From assembly GCA_009103225.1 (NCBI GenBank), contig RHPI01001132.1:186001-250000 (forward strand): a stretch of DNA of 64,000 bases, written 5' to 3'. The notes under the pieces are model-generated. The model ran no database searches. It worked only from the letters and a program-made list of their open reading frames with translations, and was not told where the DNA came from. Shown here piece by piece: positions 13,113 to 25,370 of this stretch. The stretch is from Chlorokybus atmophyticus (lineage: Eukaryota > Plantae > Mesostigma and Chlorokybus algae). The first letter of the stretch is position 1, and each line of letters opens with the position of its first letter. The translations under genes were made by a program, and so were the position numbers.

Positions 13113-15858
13113 TCATACCTGCTCCTTGCGTTCAGGTGTGCGCCTAGCTCGGACCTCATCCAGGTCCACTTCCATCTTGGCGGCCAGTCTGCGTCCAAGG
13201 TCATCACTCGCATTTGCAAGGTTAATGAGCGCAAGTTCACGGATGCGGACGGGCACGGGGTCCGCCTTGAAACCGGGGGTGATACCCTCGAAGGTGGTCA
13301 TGATACGCTCGACCACGCGCTGCCGCTCGTCCTCGGTGAAGACCTGATCGTACAACACGCCGGCCTGCGCACAAAGACAGACAGTTGGAGTCGTGTGTAT
13401 GTGCATGGGTACGTGTGCGTAGACATGTACGAGGGTGTATCCTTGCCTGAGAGTAGTCATCAGCGTTCTTCTTATTGTTGTATCTGAGGCCAGGGCCGGT
13501 GACCTTGACTGGAGCCTGCAATCCAATGAGTTGGTGTAGTGGCTATATGTGTTAGAAACACACAACACGTAGACTGCATGTTGGCTAAAAAAACAGACAC
13601 CCACCTTCTCCTTGTAGGCCAAGTTCTCCCGCGGTCCACCGAAGCTGTTAGGCTCGTAGTCTGGGTTGTTGCCACCATTACCATCATTGCGCATGAACCC
13701 GTCTCTGTGGTATGTCTGCGTCAAGTTCTTCGGCCTGTTCACCTATAAACCCAACACCACAGGTAAGCAAGTGTGGGTACGCGCACATCACAATAGCTAG
13801 GTGTTACAACTCACGTTCAGGTAGTCGTAGTTGACACCCAGGCGATACACGTGCGCGTCCTTGTATGCAAATGTGCGAGCCTGCAGCATGGGATCCGGGG
13901 AGAAGCCAATGCCGGGAGGCACATTGGACGGGGCAAAAGCAGCCTGCTCCACCTCCTCAAAGTAGTTCAAAGGGTTGCGGTTCAACTCAACCTCACCAAC
14001 CTGTGTGAGACAAATCCAATCAGTGACTTGATATTGCACATCGGGTATACACACAACCAGAAGTTACCTCAATGAGTGGGAATTCTGCGTGGGGCCATGT
14101 CTTTGTGAGGTCAAAGACGTTGTACGACTGTGCATCCGCTTGCTCCTCCGTCATGATCTGGACGTAGAAGGTCCACTTGGGATAGTCACCATCCTCGATG
14201 GTCTTGTACAGGTCCATGTTGTAGTGGTCAGGGTTCTTGCCCGCAAGCTCGATAGCCTCAGGCTCATCCATGTTCTTTGTTCCCTGTTGATGACACACAC
14301 TCAGCACCATGTTGGCAAGTGACCCTACATAGATAACCCATTGCTTACTTGTTGGCTCTTCCAGTGGAACTTAACCCACACACGCTCATCATTCTCGTTG
14401 ATGAGGCTGAAAGCGTGGCTGCCGTACCCGTTCATGTAGCGGTAACTGTAGGGAATGCCTCTATCTCCAAAGAACCAGATCAACTGCAAACGCGTGGGTA
14501 TGTTGTGTCAACGAGGGTGCAACTCACATACAGCAAACAACTTGCTTGAGTCTGTTTCTTGCACACGTACTTGGTGTGTGGATTCGGGGGAGAGAGACCA
14601 AAAGTCCCAGCGGTTGGTCCAAGACTTGAAGCCCGTGCGAGGGTCACGCTTCTGTACACATAAACACAGCACGCGTGAGACAACATTTCTCGCCAACAGT
14701 GAGTCTGAGTGAGCAGCTGTCGTGAAGTCACACGTACTTGCGTGTGGATGAAGTCGGTGAACTTCATAGGATCGCGCACGAAGAAGATAGGAGTGTTGTT
14801 GCCAACCAGATCCCAGTTGCCTGTGGTGAGCAACACACATCAGAATCAGCCACCAAGCATGCACAAATAAACACACATACACACTACGCATGTAAGCCCA
14901 ACATGCTCACCCTCATCAGTGTAGATCTTCATGGCGAACCCTCGCAGGTCCCGCACAGTGTCAGCCGCTCCGTGCTCACCTGAGACAGGTGAGAAGCGCA
15001 CAATGATCTGCACACACGAACATGTTATCGTTAGATTGTGTGTGACATGAGAACAGGTTTCATGCCACGTGTGATGCTGAAGCTTCATCTTGCCTGTGAC
15101 TCAGCACCGGGCTGCAGCGCCTTTGCACGCGTGTACTTGCTGATATCTCCTGTGATAGTGAACTTGCCGTGGGCGGCCACACCCTTCTCGTGGACAACAC
15201 GAGGAGGGATCCTCTCACGGTTGAAGTGGACCTGTGTGTTTCAAACGAGTGAGTTGGTGAAAGATTCAAGCCTCTCACACATGGTGGATATGTTGTGTCC
15301 CTTACGTTCTTCTCATATAAGTGAAAGTCCTGTAGCAGAATCGGCCCGCCCGGACCAGCAGTGAGCGAGTTCTGGTTGTCTCCCACGGGCACGCCCGCAG
15401 CGGTTGTGAGGGTCTCATTGTCCTCAACGTACCACTCACCTGCTCACGCACAAGTCACGTCAACACCACTCCATGCAGCAAACACATACACGCGTGCATG
15501 CATGCGACCATTTGTGCATGCATGCGTGCAATAGTGCGCCCAAGAGTGTGTCTCTACAGGAATACGTACCTCCGCCAGCTTTGCCAACCTTCTGGGGAAG
15601 ATTCTCCCTGACCCTTTCCGTCACCTCCTTAACGCCCTCCTTGACGGCATCGATGGGGTTGGGCGCGTTGCTTGGAATCAAGTTGGACAGTGGGTTCTTC
15701 ATGTCGCCGTTGGACGCCGCAAACACCCTCAGCGGAGTCCGGTGCACCGCCCTTCGCCCAGCCGGCACGCTGCGAGCAGGGCGGACCAACGCCCTGGCGG
15801 CTGCTGCGGTGACGGACGCCACGGAGGCGGCGGCGGTGGCGGCGGCGGCGATCGGCAT
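13113..15858 (-). CDS. CAT: Monofunctional heme catalase (clade-3-like) with N-terminal transit-like extension
   Basis: Multi-exon. Motifs [15 protein letters not shown] (distal His), [32 protein letters not shown] (Asn), [26 protein letters not shown] (proximal Tyr). First exon is Ala/Arg/Ser-rich. Confidence 0.93.
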
Positions 15859-16323
15859 TGTGATAGACTAGTTCTACTTGCCCGCAGCAGCGACCTGCTC
15901 AAGTAGATCTCGCAGGACCTGCTAGGGGATATATAATCCTTGCATGGACTGAGCACTTCCATCTCTGTGAAGTTAACGACCTGCGTGGCTTGCCTCCAAC
16001 CGCCGCTGAGCGTGGCCTGGCCTGCCGCCGCCGCCTATGCCACCGCCGCTGCGTCAAAGGTACGTACCTTGCCACATGGACTCACCGCGGTTACCACACA
16101 CCGCCCGTCAATGTAAACTGGTCACCAAACGATAACCAAGTTGTGCAGATTCAGCGTGTCATGAACACTTGATGCAGGTGTCAAGAGGCAGGGGCACTGA
16201 ACTGAAGGGTTGTGGTTGGCTTCATGACAAGCCCGGGTTTGGCGGCGTGGTTAGATTTCAAGGGTAGTGGGTGACGCAATAGCCGCGCCGGTGTTGGCGC
16301 TAGCGGATTTTGATCGGGAGTGT

Positions 16324-16374
16324 CACGTGACGTGTTGGGGCTGATGGGGGGGGGACTGACTTCCGCTACACGTG
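16324..16374. promoter_or_regulatory. Two G-box (CACGTG) cores upstream of the catalase start
   Basis: CACGTG at 16324-16329 and 16369-16374, about 0.5 kb upstream of the minus-strand catalase ATG. Function is inferred. Confidence 0.3.
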
Positions 16375-17706
16375 CCCAGCTTCCATGAACACTTCCATAT
16401 CTAGCAGGTAATACTTAAAGCTTACCAGGTACCAGGTATGTGTGCACATGTGAGGAGCAATGTGCAAAAAACATTGAAGAAAGTCAATATCTATTGGTAG
16501 AACAACATCCCCATCCAATCATGGTCACAAAAATAAACCCAATTAACGTGCATCACTTTCACAGTTAAGAGGTATACGGTCAAAACATAATTCTTTTATT
16601 TATTTATATTTACTGAGCTTGAGCGCTAAATGTAGAATCATATATTAATATTATTATATGGCTTTACCTTCTTACATCATGAATTCGTGAATATTTCGTG
16701 GCATAATGCTTGGCAATATAATCGTACATTTGTTTTGGTTCTTGATATATATAGTACTGTTAACATTCACAAATAATAGTATCAATAGCATTGTAGCATG
16801 CATACAATCTGGTGTGTGTTCTAAAATGCAATAAAAGGATTTAATCAGCGTGTTTTCTTATACATATGGATGCAACGATAGTGGGTATCTCTCAATCGAC
16901 ATTATTGCAGCTGCACACATTTACATCAACGATTACGTTACACTACTATTGTTAACTTGCTTCATAATGGTTTATGTTGTAGCAATATATGTCTGGTAGT
17001 ACTGCATTTTGCTTCAGCAAGCTTGGTAGCCGCTTGTGACGCCCCATCTATAGCGAGCCGATTCATACTTCATTGCTGTCGGCATCACCGCGTACACGTG
17101 GAGGCTCTCTGCGCTGTTGACTCGCTTATCACAATTAGCGCCTGCAGTCAGACATTAGCAGCAGGCTGAGCTTAACGCGAAGATGAAAAGTTCCTGATGT
17201 GAGAGTTGTGTGAGAGAGGCGATGCCAACAATAATAGCAAAGAGGACAAGAATAATAGCAGCAACAAACTATATATGTCACCCTTAAGGACACGGTCTGC
17301 ACTATAGCTGATCAATTTGCATTCATCGAAGTCATGTGTGAACAGCAACAGCATGCTTGTGTGCACACAAGCAATTGGTCACGTGCACAGTTAGCACGCA
17401 CATGCTTGTTCCAATAATGACATTCGTTTCGTATACTCACACATGCAGCCACGCACGTGCGTGCGTGCATACTTACATCACAAGCATATAAGCACGCACG
17501 CACACATGGTCAATCATACAACTGCTCTACAAGCACTTAGAGAACTTCTGATAAAGCACATCTGATAAAGCACATCGCTTCCACAACGCATACGCACCAA
17601 ATGTCCTCAAAGGCCTTACTGTGCCAAGGGCAGGCAAGACTGTCTATGCGAATCAATGGTGTGCGAACAGATGGTTCCGACCCTGCATATATATACGATG
17701 AAGCTT

Positions 17707-17828
17707 GGGGGGGGGGGGGGGGGGGGNNNNNNNNNNNNNNNNNNNNNNNNNNNNNNNNNNNNNNNNNNNNNNNNNNNNNNNNNNNNNNNNNNNNNNNNNN
17801 NNNNNNNNNNNNNNNNNNNNNNNNNNNN
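17707..17828. other. Poly-G plus N gap (assembly gap)
   Basis: G run followed by Ns at 17727-17828. Confidence 0.95.
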
Positions 17829-20800
17829 CAGAGCCTTGAAATGTTATTTTAAACAAGCTAGCGTTTTTTGCGTCACCGCTGGTGATCGCATTTGCAATGG
17901 CCCGCACGGCATCCTTCACCTGTTGACGAGTGATCAAGCACTGCATGGCATGGAGTTCTATAACGTCTTCACATGCGCCGACAAGGCGTCCATTCTGAGC
18001 TGCGCGCATCGGGGCGGGGGCGGGGGGCGGGGGGGTAGGGGGACGCACTCTGTAGAGTAGGAAAGGATCGTCGTGGATATTGATATTATGAAACGCTTTT
18101 ATGCATCATATAATCTCGTTTGTGTAGCATGGCGAACGGCTTGTTGCACACTCTTGCCTTTGCCATCATTTTATAAAACGAATACAGAGAATTATCATAA
18201 GTTGGTACAAGTAATAGTATATTCTTGAATGAATATGTTACCAATTTTTGCTCATAGAGTGGCGTATGATTTAAGCTACATAAAATTATTAATAAAGTAT
18301 CATTGCACGTTAACTTTATGTGATCAGTTCGAAGAAAATTGCTTTGTTTCATGAATATATTGCATGTTATGTGTCATGTGTATTTGGTAGACACACATAT
18401 ATGTACATATGAACATTGCTACACTATTATATATCGGTATAATAAACCTTATCCGACTATAGTATATTGATGTTAAATATGTTAACATATTACTATACTG
18501 ATCAACCGCAAAGCAACGAAATGTAGATAATTGACTTTTGCATATACGACTCCTGTTGTTACCAATTCATGCTTACTAACTTCAACAGTTAATAAATTAT
18601 ACTTACACTTATCGAGTGATATTTTCACATAAGCACAAATCTACTCGTGCATTGTATGAATGAAAAAGCTCGATGATTATTGATCTCGTGACTTTTGCTC
18701 ACATAACGACCGCAACCGGCCTTACATGTTGCCATGAAATTGCATTATTAATCCCCCCCCCCCCCCCNTCCAAAACCACCTCTTGCAATGATCTCCCTTA
18801 AATAGTCATCCCTTGATCTTGTACAGCAAAAGGCCCTTGGCATCCAAAACGCCTGCAGCGCTTGTGCCACATGACAGATGGCGGCCGGGGAGGGGGGGCG
18901 CAAGTTGTTACGGGGTGAGGCGAAAATGGCCACCATATGGCCGTTGGCGATAGGAGTAGGGAGGTAGACAACTCGGGGTCCAAGAGTTATTGTCCTCCGT
19001 AATGTATTATATATGTCGTCGTTGAGCATGGCCACCTTTAAGGAAGAGGCGAATACTTAAATGCAGGTTTTGCAAATTTAATACATACCACTTGGATTGG
19101 GGAGCATACACGTTGGTACATGTACTACATGACACAATATGTATCCCTATAAGGAGCAATGAGGAATACATGTTGTGTCATATAAGGAACATAAAAGTAG
19201 CTAAAATAGCAATGTGATGTTAATCACATAGTTCGTTCCGAAGCAAATCAGGATTTCAATGTGGTCACCACGGTGTATGAGTACTGAAATGATCTAAGAG
19301 TAGTAAAATATTGCATTTATTATGTAATATGCAGTTACGTATATTATTATGTTGCCATGGATTAAGGGTAGATGGTACATGTCGCTTTAAACATTAATCG
19401 AAAGCAAAAGGCGTCAATGTACAAGAAAGCACGGCGGGTATCGGCTCGCCATGGCTACTGCATAGCAATCACTATCACAATAAATGATGTTCAAGCCACT
19501 TATTGCAATCTACTTTGTACAATGTTAAAACGGCACAAATACTAGTGAAGGTTTCCACATTGCGCATAATCATGCAGGTACAATGTGGTCTAATCCTAGC
19601 TAACGATCTGCTCTAGAGCCTTCAGAGTACCTCAAGGATTGCCTTATGCAGCTCATCTGAAATGCGGAACAGAGAGTCCTTGATACCTTTCCAAGTGGTC
19701 AACCTCGATTGACTCCGCTTTTTTCGTTCAACCCTAGACTTTTGCTCCAGCGTCACCTTGGGCACGCAGCGCAGCGGATACGCCAGTACTCTTGCCTTCT
19801 TCAGCTTCTAGGCTGTAGAAACCACAGCGAATGCGTTTTAGGCTCTTAAGTGGTGACATGCTGATGCTTAAATCTGCAGAAGTACACGCTTGTAACGAAT
19901 AAGTTGTCCGGCATCACCCTGTTGCCATAGCTGTCCGCACGGGTCGTCGACTCTCCACTTCCCTCTGCTGGATGTATGCATCGAAGCACCCTGTAAGGTG
20001 CTTCTTTGTTGTGATTTTCATCTTTGATGTCTGAAGACACGACAAATTAATCCCTTCTCTCAAGCTCCATGCCAGCGTCTCTTGATTGAGAATGAGCATC
20101 CGACGCAAATCGCGCAGGGACAAAAAATAGACGTGTGGTTACCTGGATAATCGGGCAGCAAGAGTACTAAGACAAGCAGGTTTGGTAGGCGTACATGCTA
20201 CAGCGGAAAAGTGAGTTAAATTATGCAGTTTCAAGATCCGGCAAACCATGAGCTTGCTCATTTTTTGCTCTGCCTCTTCCGCTTCATCATCTCCAGGAAG
20301 GAGCACTTTTTGTTTCCATCTACACACATACGCTTAGTTAACGCAACTGTGATATAGCTCAACACATGCTGCACATCAGCAAGAGAGAGCGCGGGACATG
20401 AAGCGGTCCGCTTCACCCGTCGCTCGCAATGCCTAAAACTTCATGGTGCCTGCTACTGTTTTTACATTGCAGCCTTCCGATTTGTGCAACTTGAATAATG
20501 TCAAAAAGATGACAGATGCGCTTCTGCATGAATGCCTCTCCTTCTCGAGACTTGTTGGTGGAGGAAGCTCCTCGGCCCAAGTGTTCATTGGCGTAATGTA
20601 CTATTGTCTCGGTATTATATAGTTGTTTCCCCTACAACGCTGCCCTGACATGAAGGTGCTTCAATGTCCCTCCCTAGCCGCCGTGTTCTCCTTGACCATG
20701 CTAGAGGGCAAGGAGGATAATGCCACTCCAGCTTATTGGACAGTGTGCCATTGGGTCGTCCTAGCAATTAACAGCCTTGCAGAGCTGGTGGGCACATGGT

Positions 20801-21059
20801 GTTCAGATTTAGCGATCTTTTCAAACTATTTGACGCACTGAAACGGTACGCTGCAGTTATCACTATAGCTGATGATCTTGTGTACATCGATGTCCATGCG
20901 CCGATACCCTCCCCCAAGAGTCTTCCAATGCAATGATGCACTATAAAGTTGTCTTTTATGTTGTCGTTTGTAATGAAGAAGTGAACCTGTAGGCAAGGCG
21001 GCTTGTTACAACTTCGGACCGCATCAGCGAGGCCTGTTAACCTACTACTAGTGTGGTAC

Positions 21060-21975
<916 letters not shown>

Positions 21976-22480
21976 ATCAAAATAATTGTGTCCGCGTTGA
22001 AACGTTTGCAAGCACTGTCGTTGCTGAGAAGCTTGCCAGGAACCCAATAACGCATACCAGCGAAACATTTCAAGCATTAATTAGTACTGCACACGAAACT
22101 CAGGGTAAGTGAAAGATTGCTTCTTGAATTTCAAGCAATGGTACATTGTGCGATCACCGTCGTTATTGCGACCATTTTGCTTTTCCCTCACGTAAAGAGA
22201 TGGACATAAGCGCATGGTGGTATCTTGCATATTGGACGGACAGTTTCGAAACAGCTTGTCCCAACCATAGCAACTGCAATCTCCGGTGATATAGCGCTTC
22301 TTGTAATACTCTTCATTGGGTTCTTCGGGACACGTGATCGATTTCACAGCGTCTGTAAGATGGCTTGGAAACCCTTTGCGGGTGAATAGGCAAAGTCTAT
22401 AGCTTAAAGGATTGCAAGTCTAGTCGCATCCGCAAGTTTTTTGCACCTACGATTCATAATCTTCAAGCAAGCATGCAATG

Positions 22481-22547
22481 AGGTAAAGTCCTGACGGGTA
22501 ATGGACCACAAATTACTTGTGGTCCATTACCCGTCAAGACTTTACCT
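22481..22547. repeat. Near-perfect inverted repeat (31-bp arms, 5-nt loop, 1 mismatch)
   Basis: AGGTAAAGTCCTGACGGGTAATGGACCACAA-ATTAC-TTGTGGTCCATTACCCGTCAAGACTTTACCT, read directly. Confidence 0.95.
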
Positions 22548-25158
22548 GACAATAAACGCAGGAACATCGATAGTGATCGTTTCCTCAAGCGCATGAAGTT
22601 CGTGAAAGCATCCCACATCTCCTTGTTTTAAGTATGTGTCAGCCACGACCAGAGGTTTTCTTGACGGCGCGCTTGTCTTCCTGCCATATCGAAAAAATTC
22701 GCAGGACATGTTTGTCTTGAACTTTGGTGCTGGTGCTTCTCGACTTATGCTCTAAAGCGAGGATACAGCGGCTACATGGTGTATCCCGACAGCAACTCTA
22801 TTACCGGGCTTGGTATCTTTATCCATAAAATGACCACTGCCTTTACAAAGCTGGTAGGTGTCTGTGCGCTGCAAGTTAATGGACATCATCTCATAACATG
22901 GTACGCTCACTTTCGTGCTGTCTTTCTATGCAGAAACAACACAACTATGGGTTCAATCGCGATGCAGTGTAGCATTAACTGGGCTACCTGCAGACCAGCC
23001 TCCTCCTCGTCTTCACCCACAGATTACGTCTTTTGCCACCATTGTCAAAGAGACTGTGCGCGAGGTGTTCTTTGGCTTCAACCATAAAAATGCGCGACAT
23101 ATGCCAATGCTCAACCATTGGCTCAGCAAGGACGTCTCTATACTTGAAGCCGGGGGTGCAGAGAGGATTACCAGAGTCAAGCAGTGGGTTGGCAATTTAA
23201 TTAAGAACATTGTAGCTTGTAGGTTTTGCTTGAGTGTAATGCATGCATGTAGTGATGTTTTTTGATAATGCAGCTACATAACCTGCATGTGCTTGCAGTG
23301 GACGGCTACGTAGCAACTTGAGCAGATTCGAATTATGATGCAAAATCGGCAAAAGCTGCACAATGAGCTACGGACGGCCCCTCCCCTTGCTGTTGCTGCA
23401 GCGATGGATGAAGCTCCGAAGGAGTCTGCTATTGAGCACAAAGATGAAGGAGAATGCAGCCAGTAGAGTATAGAGGAGGAATGACGAGGAGGCTGCGGCA
23501 GTTGCCCAAAAAGCTAAGGAGGAATTGCACGAGAGGTTCAACCAGCTCAAGGACATTGTTGCAAATTTTACACGAAGATTAAGTAAGGACTGAGGGACTG
23601 ACGGGTGCCTGCGCCTGCTTGAGCCTGCCTGCCACTGCCTGAAATGTTACTTTTGGACTGTTGGGTTTGCCGTTGGCTTATGTGGACTGACGAAAAAGGC
23701 CGCGGGCCGAAAGTGGTTGTTATTGGCACCGACCGGCCAAGACTTGTCAACCAGTTACCCTTTGGTCGATGCGCACAGACGGCCGTTAGCTGGTAGTCAC
23801 GGACAGCTAAGAGCAATAGCTGGCAGTTTCCTTGCCGTTACACTGCTGTTAATTTGTGACCCTTATCGTTTGACAAAAGTTGGCAATTCTTGCCGTACGC
23901 CAACACTAACATGCCATGCAGCTTGTACAAACCTTGGACTGACTGTTTGGTCTTGCAACTATAAGCCCACAATATATACAACGTACCGGCAGTGGTGAGA
24001 GTATGTCCACTTGTAATAAAGCAGCCGACTTACGCATGAAACTACATATAACATTGAGTCTAGTTGTCGCACTCATGCGCAGCTTGTCAACCCGTGGTGC
24101 CTGCCTCAAAACTCCTCCTCAACCCCCTCCTCCTGTTCCTCCTTCGATAAGTCTTCTGCTCCAACATCGGAGTCATCATCATCTGCTGCCTCGCTCGCTG
24201 ACAATACAGCGGCTACTTTGTCCCTTCAGCTTGAATGTCAGCATTTCGCCGTGCACGCGCATGCGCTTAATGGTCGCTTTGAGAGTGACCACCTGCATGT
24301 GGTAATGCTGTAAGAGTGGCGTGCTGCCAGAGGACTAGCCCATCAGCGTACACATGCTTACCTCGTCTTCCGCTTTGTTACACTCCGCCAGGCAGACAGT
24401 CAGCCTGCCGCGCTGCCCTTAGTTCACTCTAACAAACATGGCAATTGGCAAGCATACTGCTTAATTGCCGCTGGAAACATTAAAATAGGTCATGGATTAC
24501 CCGTTCGTGGTACTCCGCAGCTTCCCTTTTGCGACTTGTGAGCTCCCACAAGTAGAAATAGGCTGTGCATTTGCGAGATTGGTCATGCTATTCATGTGCA
24601 TGACACTGAAGGCTGTGCATGAGGGTGTGCATGTGGTATTGACAGTGTATGTCATGTGCAAGATAGTTGAGGCTGTGCATGTGCAAGATAAAAGAACCCT
24701 AGCATGTGGCATTGACAGTGCATTGTAACCCACCTTGGTTATGCCAGTCTCGTTTAGTCCATTCAATCATGTCGCCATGGTCGCAGCTACTGGTGGGTCG
24801 GATGTTCTTAGAGGCAATATTGTGGTGTGCCTTTACCCACTCGGAAGGGGAACCCTTGTAAGATATCACCGAAGTCACTGTCGTCATTGGCTGTGCCCTT
24901 GGTAGGCATGGTGGGGATTGACACCAAGGACACCCCACCGGCACCTTGCCAGCCCTGTGCGAGCATGGGCTTCATCCCGGACCTCGACCACAACGCCCCT
25001 AACATTGCCGCCAACGATCCACCAAACGCCACATACCCTCGGCGTCCCTGCCAAGTAAGGGCATAGCTTGGCGGAGCCATCAATGGTGTTTTCATGCGCA
25101 GGGTTTGCCATTGCCAGCACTTGTCCATGGTGCGAACTGCCATTGCCACTATACAAAG

Positions 25159-25285
25159 GTACCATGTCAATGGTACCTTTTGGCAAAGGCATCTTTGTAC
25201 CATTATGACGGTTCAATCAAGATATCAATACAAACTCACCCCACCCTGGACGTGCAATGGCTTAATCGTACCATAGTAATGGTAC
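25159..25285. promoter_or_regulatory. GTACCAT motif cluster 1 (5 copies, both orientations) upstream of the Plavaka-like transposase
   Basis: Copies at 25159, 25170, 25197, 25268 and 25279. Regulatory role is inferred. Confidence 0.5.
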
Positions 25286-25370
25286 GACGGGCCAATGAAT
25301 GGTGGCCAAGTTTTCCGCCTCTGGCATGCAAGGGTAGCGGCGGCGGTGGCGGCGGCGGTGGCGGCTGTGT

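Noticed and set aside
17829-19050. Short ORFs flanking the N gap
   Set aside because: Truncated by gap and homopolymer, with no recognisable motifs.
22770-24450. Coding-like fragments (e.g. ITSFATIVKETVREVFFGF, EEAAAVAQKAKEELHERFNQLKD)
   Set aside because: Heavily disrupted with no recognisable family; cannot be assigned to either neighbouring element.
24450-25100. Terminal inverted repeat for the composite Plavaka element
   Set aside because: Short degenerate repeats exist (24600-24730), but I found no convincing inverted match near 35.3 kb or 44.6-46.3 kb, so the ends are not called.
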